IMG/VR virus record: IMGVR_UViG_3300033746_000020
Coordinates: 1-27,922 of that record
Reading direction: 5' to 3' (one strand)
Source of the DNA: a virus
Lineage: Duplodnaviria > Caudoviricetes
Length of the DNA stretch: 27,922 nt
The position numbers and the translations under genes are program-made. The notes under the pieces were generated by a model. It ran no database searches. It was given only the letters and a program-made list of their open reading frames with translations, and was not told the origin of the DNA. Position 1 is the stretch's first letter. Each line of letters begins with the position of its first letter. Of this stretch, positions 18,184 through 26,283 are shown one piece after another.

Positions 18184-19124
18184 ATCTTAGAAAGCTTATT
18201 TTTACAGAAAATGCTTGCTACAAGGCAGGCAGAAAGATTACACCAAAAGGCATCATGGTTCATAGCACCGGAGCGAACAATCCAAATTTACGCAGATATG
18301 TTGGACCGGATGATGGTCTGTTAGGAGTAAATCAATATAATAATCATTGGAATCAAGACAGACCAGATGGAAGACAGGTTTGTGTCCATGCCTTTATAGG
18401 GAAACTTAAAGATGGCTCCATTGCCACTTATCAAACCCTACCATGGAATCATAGAGGTTGGCATGCTGGAGGCGATGCAAATAACACACATATTGGCTTT
18501 GAAATCTGCGAGGACGGGTTGACCGATGCCTCGTATTTTAATGCGGTCTATAAAGAAGCGGTGGAGCTATGTGCATACCTTTGTAAGGAGTATAAACTCG
18601 ACCCGATGGCTGCCGGTACGATTATCGGCCACTATGAGGGGTATCAACGAGGGATTGCATCCAATCATGCTGATCCAAGACATTGGTTTTCAAGATATGG
18701 TAAGAGCATGGACACTTTTAGAACAGAGGTTAAAAAGTTACTTTCAGCAGATGAACCACCTGCTGGGGGCTCTGAAAATACAACCTATCCTGAAAAGCTG
18801 ACTACAGGCTATTACCGTGTTAGAAAGACTTGGGCAGATGCGAAATCACAGCTTGGTGCATATCGTATCCTTTCCAATGCAAAGGCACAGGTTGATAAGA
18901 ACCCAGGTTATTATGTTTTCAACAACGATGGGATGATTGTATATCCCACCGGTAGCACCTCTTCACCAACTTACAAAGAGTATACGGTAGTTAAAGGTGA
19001 TTCTCTCTGGGCAATTGCAGCCAAGCTACTCGGTAGCGGCACAAGATACACAGAGATTGTTAAACTGAACAATTTAAAGTCAACGATTATTTATACCGGT
19101 CAAAAACTGAAAATCCCTAACTAA
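18180..19124 (+). CDS. Endolysin: N-acetylmuramoyl-L-alanine amidase (Amidase_2-like), middle domain, C-terminal LysM
   Basis: IMVHST, GWHAGG..N..HIGFEICE, IIGH, HADP. LysM YTVVKGDSLWAIA...IYTGQKLKIP. Confidence 0.92.
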   Translation: MNLRKLIFTENACYKAGRKITPKGIMVHSTGANNPNLRRYVGPDDGLLGVNQYNNHWNQDRPDGRQVCVHAFIGKLKDGSIATYQTLPWNHRGWHAGGDANNTHIGFEICEDGLTDASYFNAVYKEAVELCAYLCKEYKLDPMAAGTIIGHYEGYQRGIASNHADPRHWFSRYGKSMDTFRTEVKKLLSADEPPAGGSENTTYPEKLTTGYYRVRKTWADAKSQLGAYRILSNAKAQVDKNPGYYVFNNDGMIVYPTGSTSSPTYKEYTVVKGDSLWAIAAKLLGSGTRYTEIVKLNNLKSTIIYTGQKLKIPN

Positions 19125-19129
19125 GCATG

Positions 19130-19168
19130 ATGCCCTTGGAGGTTTAAAACTTCCTTGGGCATTTTTTT
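19130..19168 (+). terminator. Intrinsic terminator after endolysin
   Basis: ATGCCC-tt-GGAGGTT / AACTTCC-tt-GGGCAT stem followed by a T-run. Confidence 0.75.
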
Positions 19169-19169
19169 A

Positions 19170-19211
19170 TTAAACCGTCAGATTTATGTATCTCCTGAGG
19201 CTACCAGGTAG
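19170..19211 (+). repeat. Bipartite motif copy 1: TCAGATTT-N13-GGCTACCAGGTAG
   Basis: TCAGATTT 19178-19185 and GGCTACCAGGTAG 19199-19211; same blocks and spacing as 23976-24009. Confidence 0.85.
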
Positions 19212-19253
19212 AGGGCAACAAATAAAAGCGCCCTTCAGAAAGAGGTGATGGAT

Positions 19254-19472
19254 ATGAAGCACAATCTAAAAATTAGTGTTTCAAAGAAACCACAGACAGG
19301 CGGGATTGTTACTTGCCGTAACTTTTCCGTGAGGGAGCGCATCCTTCGATTCCTTCTTGGGGGAAAACAGCGTGTAACGATTGTAATCCCCGGAGACAGC
19401 ATCGAGGAACTCTCTATCTGTGAGATGACGAAAGGAGGAAATGACATTGAGCAAAATAAAGTTACTGCTTGA
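19254..19472 (+). CDS. Small hypothetical protein (72 aa), first gene of replication block
   Basis: SD AGAGGTG; MKHNLKISVSK...IPGDSIEELSI. Confidence 0.7.
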   Translation: MKHNLKISVSKKPQTGGIVTCRNFSVRERILRFLLGGKQRVTIVIPGDSIEELSICEMTKGGNDIEQNKVTA

Positions 19473-19764
19473 TGTGGTAAATGATATGCGAAGTCTTGCT
19501 GATAGCATACAAGCGGTTTGTGATGCAATGGCAGATAGCGATTCTGCTCCAAAAGAAACACCTACCACAAAGACAGAAAAAGCAAAGGAGCCGGATATTT
19601 CGCTGGAAAAAGTGAGAATGGTACTTGCCGAAAAAAGTCAGCTTGGCTTTACCGCTGAAGTGCGGGGCATCATTGGGAAGTATGGTGCTGACAAGTTAAG
19701 TGCTGTTGATAAGGCTTATTATGCTGACATCTTGAAAGATGCGGAGGTTCTTGGGAATGGGTAA
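19447..19764 (+). CDS. Hypothetical phage protein (~105 aa), two helical parts joined by a low-complexity linker
   Basis: SD AAAGGAGG 8 nt before TTG 19447; LEKVRMVLAEKS...KYGADKLS motif of the kind usually found before DUF2800 genes. Confidence 0.7.
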   Translation: MSKIKLLLDVVNDMRSLADSIQAVCDAMADSDSAPKETPTTKTEKAKEPDISLEKVRMVLAEKSQLGFTAEVRGIIGKYGADKLSAVDKAYYADILKDAEVLGNG

Positions 19765-20893
19765 TCATGCAATATTATCTGCATCTTCATCTCACAGATG
19801 GCTTCATTGTTTACCGTCTGCAAGGCTTGAACTTGAGTTTGAAAACACAAATGGAGAAGCAGCAAAAGAAGGTACGGCAGCACATGCCCTCTCTGAACAC
19901 AAGCTAAAAAAGGCACTTCGAATCAGAAGTAAGAGGCCTACATCAGAGTATGATTCAGATGAAATGGAAGAATGCACGGATGCCTACGTTGACTTCATCA
20001 TGGAGCAGGTAGAACTTGCAAGAAAGTCCTGTACAGATCCTATCGTTCTTATTGAACAACGTCTTGATTTCTCTTGTTATGTTCCAGATGGTTTTGGGAC
20101 AGGAGATTGTGTGATCATCTCAGATGATAGACTTCACATCGTAGATTTCAAATATGGTATGGGCGTGCTAGTGGATGCAGAGGACAATCCACAGATGAAA
20201 CTGTATGCATTAGGCGCTTTAGAGATTTATGACAGCCTATACGACATCAAAGAAATATCAATGACAATTTTTCAACCACGAAGAGAAAATGTCAGCACAT
20301 GGACTGTTCCGGTAGAAGAACTTAAAGCTTGGGCAGAAGAGGAACTAAAACCAAAAGCCGCAAAAGCCTATCAAGGTGAAGGTGAATATATGCCTGGCTC
20401 GTGGTGTACTTTCTGCAGAGCATCCAGCAGATGTCGTGCTAGAGCTGATGAAAATCTGAAACTGGCCCAGAAGGAGTTTAAGATGCCACCACTGCTTACA
20501 GATAGTGAGATTGAGGAAATTCTAACCATTCTTCCCGATCTCACAAAGTGGGCGGGTGAAATAACTGCTTATGCCACAGATGCAGCAGTTAACCACGGTA
20601 AAGAGTGGAGTGGTTTTAAAGTTGTGGAAGGTCGCTCTGTTCGTAAGTACAAAGATGAAGATGCTGTAGCACAAAAAGCTGTAGAGAGTGGATATAAAGA
20701 TATTTACCGTAAGAGCCTTATTCCTTTGACAGAGATGCAAAAACTGATGGGCAAAACCAAATTTGAGGAAATTCTAGGAAACCTCATTTATAAACCACCG
20801 GGCAAGCCGACTCTTGTCCCTAACTCGGATAAAAGACCGGCGATGAACGTAGCTGATGCAAAAAACGAATTTAACGAAATTATGGAGGGTTAA
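19757..20893 (+). CDS. DUF2800-like PD-(D/E)XK (Cas4-like) nuclease
   Basis: HAILSASSSHRWLHC, GTAAH, E.RLD, FGTGD, IVDFKYG, QMKLYALG, C.FC.....C cluster. SD GGAGG supports a start at 19757. Confidence 0.85.
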   Translation: MGNHAILSASSSHRWLHCLPSARLELEFENTNGEAAKEGTAAHALSEHKLKKALRIRSKRPTSEYDSDEMEECTDAYVDFIMEQVELARKSCTDPIVLIEQRLDFSCYVPDGFGTGDCVIISDDRLHIVDFKYGMGVLVDAEDNPQMKLYALGALEIYDSLYDIKEISMTIFQPRRENVSTWTVPVEELKAWAEEELKPKAAKAYQGEGEYMPGSWCTFCRASSRCRARADENLKLAQKEFKMPPLLTDSEIEEILTILPDLTKWAGEITAYATDAAVNHGKEWSGFKVVEGRSVRKYKDEDAVAQKAVESGYKDIYRKSLIPLTEMQKLMGKTKFEEILGNLIYKPPGKPTLVPNSDKRPAMNVADAKNEFNEIMEG

Positions 20894-20897
20894 TATT

Positions 20898-21449
20898 ATG
20901 AGTAAAATCGAAAACAGAACTAAAGTTATTACAGGTGTTAACACAAGGCTTTCTTACTTTCACGGATGGGAGCCAGTATCCATCAACGGTGGCGCAGAAA
21001 AATACAGCGTATCTGTGCTTATTCCCAAAGACGATACAGAAACCATTAATGCTATAAATGCTGCAGTGGATGCAGCCATTGAGGAAGGCATCGCTAAATT
21101 TGGTGGAAAGAAACCGAACAAAGCGGCAATTAAACTGCCACTGCGTGACGGAGATGTAGAGCGTGATGATGAGGCTTATAAGGGGCATTATTTTATCAAT
21201 GCCAATAGCAAAACTGCTCCACAGATTGTAGATAAAAGTGTTAAACCTATTATGGATCGCAGCGAAGTGTACAGCGGTTGCTATGGTAGAGTTTCACTCA
21301 ATTTCTATGCTTTCAACTCAAACGGTAATAAGGGTGTTGCTTGTGGTTTGGGTAATATTCAAAAAATTAAGGATGGAGAACCTCTTGGTGGAAAGACGTC
21401 TGCGGCAGATGATTTTTCAACGCTTGCAGATGATGACTTCCTTGCCTAA
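20898..21449 (+). CDS. DUF2815-like single-stranded DNA-binding protein (T7 gp2.5-like)
   Basis: RLSY, KYSVSVLIPK, LRDGD, YSGCY, GLGNIQK; acidic tail ADDDFLA. Confidence 0.85.
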   Translation: MSKIENRTKVITGVNTRLSYFHGWEPVSINGGAEKYSVSVLIPKDDTETINAINAAVDAAIEEGIAKFGGKKPNKAAIKLPLRDGDVERDDEAYKGHYFINANSKTAPQIVDKSVKPIMDRSEVYSGCYGRVSLNFYAFNSNGNKGVACGLGNIQKIKDGEPLGGKTSAADDFSTLADDDFLA

Positions 21450-21467
21450 AAGAAAGGATCGATTGAT

Positions 21468-21502
21468 GGTGGTGGAGGTACTTCCTCTGCCACTTATTTT
21501 TT
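21468..21502 (+). terminator. Terminator-like hairpin after SSB
   Basis: GGTGGTGGAGG-TACTT-CCTCTGCCACT followed by TATTTTTT. Confidence 0.6.
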
Positions 21503-21520
21503 TACAAGGAGGTGCATTGA

Positions 21521-22030
21521 ATGGATGAGATATGGAAAGACATACCCGGATATGAGGGGAAGTACCAGGCAAGCAGTGAGGGCAGAATTAAGAGTCTTGA
21601 ACGTGTAATTCATAGTAGCAATCAGAATGGCGAGTTTGATTATTTATTAAAGGAAAGAATACTTCGACCCGGAAATCGAGGTAATTATCTAATGGTTATC
21701 CTAAATGATCCAAGGCAAACCTTTGCGGTTCATCATTTGGTTATGGCTACTTTTGTAGGCGAAAGAGATGGTATGTATGTGCTTCATGCAAATGGGGATC
21801 CCAAAGATAATCGCCTAGTGAACCTTCGATATGATACGCAAACTGAAAATGTTTATGATGTTTATCGCCAAGGCAAGGCATGGAAGAAACTTACCACGGA
21901 TGATGTTGCAGGAATACGATTTGGCTTATTCTGTGGGTTTACCTGCACTCGGCTTGGAGAGATGTATGGTGTGGGTCATCAGGCTATAAGCAAAATAAAG
22001 AATGGAGATAGATATGCATGGCTGAAATAA
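21521..22030 (+). CDS. NUMOD4-HNH homing endonuclease-like protein
   Basis: NUMOD4 EIWKDIPGYEGKYQASSEGRIKS; HNH VHHLV..TF...VLHANGDPKDNRLVNL; C-terminal HTH-like segment. SD AAGGAGG. Confidence 0.85.
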   Translation: MDEIWKDIPGYEGKYQASSEGRIKSLERVIHSSNQNGEFDYLLKERILRPGNRGNYLMVILNDPRQTFAVHHLVMATFVGERDGMYVLHANGDPKDNRLVNLRYDTQTENVYDVYRQGKAWKKLTTDDVAGIRFGLFCGFTCTRLGEMYGVGHQAISKIKNGDRYAWLK

Positions 22031-23967
22031 AAACATTACATTGTGATATTGAAACTTATAGTAGCGTCAATTTAGCAAAGTGTGGTGTGTATCGTTATGT
22101 TCAAGCAGATGATTTTGAAATACTGCTCTTTGCCTATTCCACAGATGGAAGTGAGGTTAAAATAATCGATCTAGCCCGCGGTGAAAAGATACCACCATTG
22201 ATAATTTCTGCATTAGAAGATAATAAAGTTATAAAATATGCTCATAATGCTTCCTTTGAGCGGATATGCTTCTCGCGCTTTCTAGGATACCCAGTGGGCA
22301 AGTATATTTCTCCTGAATCATGGAGGTGCACAATGACATGGGCAGCATATATGGGGCTGCCGTTATCATTAGTAGGTGTGGGCGCAGTTCTTGGCCTTGG
22401 GAAGCAAAAAATGACGGAAGGTAAAGATCTGATTCGATTCTTTTGTGGTCCTTGTAGCCCGACTAAGACAAATAGAAACCGCATAAGAAATTTACCATCT
22501 GACGATCCAGACAAATGGGAGAGATTCAAATCCTATAACATACGTGATGTCGAGGCAGAGATGGAGATTGAGCAGAAATTGATTAAATTTCCTGTGCCAG
22601 AATTCATATGGGATGAATACCATTTGAGTGAGAGAATCAATGATCGCGGCATAAAGGTAGATATGGATTTTGTAAAACAGGCCATTACTATGGATGAGGT
22701 GTCACGCACCAAGCTGATCGATCAGATGCAGAAAGTAACAGAACTTGATAACCCAAACTCACTGCAACAGATGAAAGGGTGGCTCTCTGAAAATGGAGTG
22801 GAAACAGATACCCTTGGTAAAAAGGCTGTGGCAGAACTATTGAAGGACGCACCAGAGCATCTAGCTGAGGTGCTTAAACTCCGTCAGCAACTGGCAAAGT
22901 CATCTGTTAAGAAATATTCTGCAATGGAAAATGCAGTCTGCAGTGATGGCAGGATTCGTGGCATGTTTACTTTTCTGGGCGCCAATCGGACAGGACGCTT
23001 CAGCTCAAAAATAGTGCAGCTGCAGAATCTACCACAAAACCATATGCTGGATTTAAAAGAGGCACGAGGTATCGTAAAAAGTGGTGATTCTGAAGTTCTC
23101 GAAATGCTTTATGAAGATATACCTGATACTCTTTCACAGCTTATTCGGACAGCTTTTGTGCCAAAGAAAGGATGTAAGTTTATTGTTGCCGATTTCTCTG
23201 CCATTGAGGCTCGTGTGCTGTCATGGCTTGCAGGTGAAGAATGGAGAAATGAAGTGTTCGCAAATGGTGGTGATATTTACTGTGCATCCGCATCACAGAT
23301 GTTTAATGTCCCTGTAGAAAAGCATGGCGTGAACGGTCAATTAAGGCAGAAAGGTAAGATCGCAGAACTGGCTCTAGGTTATGGTGGATCAGTGGGAGCT
23401 TTAAAGGCTATGGGTGCGCTGGAGATGGGCCTTGAGGAGGAAGAATTAAAACCCCTGGTTAATGCCTGGAGGCAGGCCAATCCGTACATCGTAAAATTCT
23501 GGTGGGATGTGGATAGAGCAGCTAAGAAGTGTATCAAGGAAAAGCAGTCTCAAGAAATACAAAATATCAAGTTTCATTACAGGAGTGGAATGCTCTTTAT
23601 TGTTCTTCCTTCTGGTAGGCAGCTTGCCTATATAAAACCTCGTATTGGTGAAAATATCTTCGGTGGTGAATCTGTCACCTACGAAGGGGTTGGTGCTACA
23701 AAAAAATGGGAACGCCTTGAAAGCTATGGGCCTAAGTTTGTGGAGAATATCGTCCAAGCAATATCCCGTGATATTTTGATGCATACCATGAAGACACTAA
23801 GTACCTGCCATATAGTGGCTCATGTACACGATGAAGTTATTATTGAGGCAGATCCTCATATGTCCCTCGATGTGGTATGTCAGCAGATGGGTAGAGTTCC
23901 TACCTGGGCTAAGGGATTACTCCTTGATGCCGATGGTTATGAATGCGAATTTTATAAGAAAGATTAG
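22018..23967 (+). CDS. Phage DNA polymerase, family A, with 3'-5' exonuclease
   Basis: ExoI DIET, ExoII HNASFE, ExoIII YNIRD; polymerase motifs DFSAIEAR, RQKGKIAELALGYG, HVHDE. No 5'-3' exonuclease domain. Confidence 0.93.
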   Translation: MAEIKTLHCDIETYSSVNLAKCGVYRYVQADDFEILLFAYSTDGSEVKIIDLARGEKIPPLIISALEDNKVIKYAHNASFERICFSRFLGYPVGKYISPESWRCTMTWAAYMGLPLSLVGVGAVLGLGKQKMTEGKDLIRFFCGPCSPTKTNRNRIRNLPSDDPDKWERFKSYNIRDVEAEMEIEQKLIKFPVPEFIWDEYHLSERINDRGIKVDMDFVKQAITMDEVSRTKLIDQMQKVTELDNPNSLQQMKGWLSENGVETDTLGKKAVAELLKDAPEHLAEVLKLRQQLAKSSVKKYSAMENAVCSDGRIRGMFTFLGANRTGRFSSKIVQLQNLPQNHMLDLKEARGIVKSGDSEVLEMLYEDIPDTLSQLIRTAFVPKKGCKFIVADFSAIEARVLSWLAGEEWRNEVFANGGDIYCASASQMFNVPVEKHGVNGQLRQKGKIAELALGYGGSVGALKAMGALEMGLEEEELKPLVNAWRQANPYIVKFWWDVDRAAKKCIKEKQSQEIQNIKFHYRSGMLFIVLPSGRQLAYIKPRIGENIFGGESVTYEGVGATKKWERLESYGPKFVENIVQAISRDILMHTMKTLSTCHIVAHVHDEVIIEADPHMSLDVVCQQMGRVPTWAKGLLLDADGYECEFYKKD

Positions 23968-24009
23968 TTAAAACATCAGATTTCACCTCTTGCCGTGGCT
24001 ACCAGGTAG
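23968..24009 (+). repeat. Bipartite motif copy 2: TCAGATTT-N13-GGCTACCAGGTAG
   Basis: TCAGATTT 23976-23983 and GGCTACCAGGTAG 23997-24009, running into SD GGAGG. Confidence 0.85.
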
Positions 24010-24022
24010 GAGGTGTTTTTTT

Positions 24023-24238
24023 ATGAAGATTATTGAAGTGAAAGATGGCAGCCCGATCAAGGGTGAGACAGAACCGATGACAGAGGAACAATTACAAAAT
24101 GAATACGACTTTTATATAGCAGATAGCATTGTTAATATGCTGCATAAGGAAGGCAAGATTACGGATGATGAATTAGACAAAATTTCCGTATTAAATAGGA
24201 AGAAATTCTCTCCAAAGTTAGCCGAGATAATGCCCTGA
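24023..24238 (+). CDS. Small SHOCT-like protein (71 aa)
   Basis: MLHKEGKITDDELDKI motif; SD GGAGGT; precedes the recombinases. Confidence 0.65.
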   Translation: MKIIEVKDGSPIKGETEPMTEEQLQNEYDFYIADSIVNMLHKEGKITDDELDKISVLNRKKFSPKLAEIMP

Positions 24239-24296
24239 AACACTTGCTATTATTGCCTTTTAGAGTGATATATGTAATAGCAGAAAGTGAGGTGAG

Positions 24297-25865
24297 ATGA
24301 TGAAAAAGATAACGAAAATAGATGAACTTTCCAGATCACAGCTATCTAAAAACAAACTTCGAGTTGCCGCTTATGCTAGGGTTTCAACGGATAGTGATGA
24401 ACAACTGGTAAGCCTTAAAGCTCAGCGGGAACACTATGAAAACTATATTAAATCCAATCCAGAATGGGAGTTTGCCGGACTTTATTATGACGAAGGGATA
24501 TCAGGTACCAAGAAGGAAAAACGACCTGAACTTCTCCGGATGATTCGTGATTGTGAGAATGATAGGATCAATTTTATCATAACCAAATCCATCAGCCGTT
24601 TTGCACGAAATACCACGGATTGCCTAGAGCTGGTAAGGCACCTAATGGATATCGGTGTTTATATTTATTTTGAAAAAGAAAATCTGAATACGGGTGATAT
24701 GGAAAGTGAATTGATGCTTTCTATTTTATCTGGGTTTGCTGCTGAAGAGTCTGCGTCAATATCGCAAAATACTACATGGTCAATTACTAAGAAATTTCAA
24801 AACGGCAGTTACATTATTGGCAGCCCTCCTTATGGTTATGCAAATGTTAATGGTGAGATGGTTATTATTCCAGAGGAAGCTGAAGTAATAAAACGCATTT
24901 TTACAGAGTGCCTTTCAGGTAAAGGTGGAAGTGTTATTGCAAAAGGTCTGAACAGGGATAAGATTCCTGCAAGAAGAGGTAATCATTGGAGTTCAGGTAC
25001 GATAATTGAAATGCTCAGAAATGAAAAATACAAAGGCGATGTCCTTTTTCAAAAGACATATACAGACAGCAACTTCAACCGTCATATTAATAATGGCGAG
25101 AAGGATCAGTTTTACTGTAAGAATCACCATGAGCCTATTATCAGTAGAGAAGTATTTTCTAAGGCTCAAAAGCTGATAGCAGAAAGAGCAAAGAGTCGTA
25201 ATAATTCCTTTGCTAAGAATGCCTATCAAAACAGATATGTACTGAGTGGAAGAATAATCTGTGGAGAGTGCGGTTCCAAGTTTAGGAGAAAAACAAATTA
25301 TTCTGTTGGTAGAAGTTATATAGCCTGGAGTTGCATAGGGCACATTGAAGACAAGGACAGTTGTTCCATGCTATTTTTACGTGATGGAGAGATAAAAGCC
25401 ACATTTACAACGATGATGAATAAACTGGCGTTCAGCAGAAAGATAATCCTAGAGCCACTTTACAATTCAATAAACAAAATTGACGAAGAATGTGACCTTG
25501 AAAGAATTGATGCCATAGATAAGCGCATGGAGCAATTAACCGAAGAACGCAATACTCTTATTGGACTTATGACGAAAGGCTTTCTTGAACCAGCGCTTTT
25601 TAACAAAGAACGAAGCTCCTTGGATATTGAAATTAAAAATCTTACTGCTGAGAAGACGAATCTAGTAATGTCATTTACTAATGGTACTTCACAGGCAGAC
25701 GAGATAAAGTTACTTCTTGATTATGTGGCGAAAGATAAGTTTGATGGCGATTATACAGAAGAAGCATTTGAAAAATTTGTAGACAACATTATTGTAAATT
25801 CAAGGGATGAGCTAACATTTATAATGAAATGTGGTCTTTCCCTTAAAGAAAAGGTGGTGAGATAA
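24297..25865 (+). CDS. Large serine recombinase 1
   Basis: YARVST (catalytic Ser), [19 protein letters not shown] recombinase domain, zinc ribbon CGECG..C..C, coiled coil. Confidence 0.93.
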   Translation: MMKKITKIDELSRSQLSKNKLRVAAYARVSTDSDEQLVSLKAQREHYENYIKSNPEWEFAGLYYDEGISGTKKEKRPELLRMIRDCENDRINFIITKSISRFARNTTDCLELVRHLMDIGVYIYFEKENLNTGDMESELMLSILSGFAAEESASISQNTTWSITKKFQNGSYIIGSPPYGYANVNGEMVIIPEEAEVIKRIFTECLSGKGGSVIAKGLNRDKIPARRGNHWSSGTIIEMLRNEKYKGDVLFQKTYTDSNFNRHINNGEKDQFYCKNHHEPIISREVFSKAQKLIAERAKSRNNSFAKNAYQNRYVLSGRIICGECGSKFRRKTNYSVGRSYIAWSCIGHIEDKDSCSMLFLRDGEIKATFTTMMNKLAFSRKIILEPLYNSINKIDEECDLERIDAIDKRMEQLTEERNTLIGLMTKGFLEPALFNKERSSLDIEIKNLTAEKTNLVMSFTNGTSQADEIKLLLDYVAKDKFDGDYTEEAFEKFVDNIIVNSRDELTFIMKCGLSLKEKVVR

Positions 25866-26282
25866 ATGGCCTATGTACCATACGGATATACAATTACGGA
25901 TGGGGTTGTTACTGTCGATGAAAAGGCAGCAGGTCAAGTAAAGGAGTTCTTTGAAAAATACATATCAGGACTATCCCTTACAGTGGCTGGCGAACAGGCA
26001 GGTATTGAAAAGACCCATTCAGTGATGGGACGTATATTAAAAAATGTCCTTTATCTCGGGAATGATATATATCCAGCAATCATAGATAAGGAAACATTTG
26101 ATAAGGCCGAAGAAGTTAGAAATAAACGTGCTAAGGACTTAGGAAGGATTGTAGAGCTTGCGGCTTTTACCTCCCCCTCCCCTATAGAACGATTTAAGAT
26201 GAGAAAGGCAGAAGAAAAACTTCCAAATGAGCCTATAGCACGGGCAGAGTATTTATATAGTCTGATAGAAAGCGAGGTTTAA
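25866..26282 (+). CDS. Short recombinase-domain-only protein (no catalytic resolvase domain)
   Basis: PYGY...IL.N..Y.G...[10 protein letters not shown] resembles the LSR DNA-binding recombinase domain; no Y.R.S motif. Confidence 0.75.
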   Translation: MAYVPYGYTITDGVVTVDEKAAGQVKEFFEKYISGLSLTVAGEQAGIEKTHSVMGRILKNVLYLGNDIYPAIIDKETFDKAEEVRNKRAKDLGRIVELAAFTSPSPIERFKMRKAEEKLPNEPIARAEYLYSLIESEV

Positions 26283-26283
26283 T

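Noticed and set aside
19210-19236. Hairpin AGGGC...GCCCT downstream of motif copy 1
   Set aside because: Only 5-6 bp with a 13-nt loop, and not present at copy 2.
19757-20893. CRISPR-Cas system suggested by the Cas4-like nuclease
   Set aside because: No repeat-spacer array or other cas genes seen; the context is phage replication.
21450-22030. Group I intron carrying the HNH gene
   Set aside because: Both neighbours look intact (SSB keeps its acidic tail, pol begins with ExoI), and there is no non-coding room for a ribozyme core.
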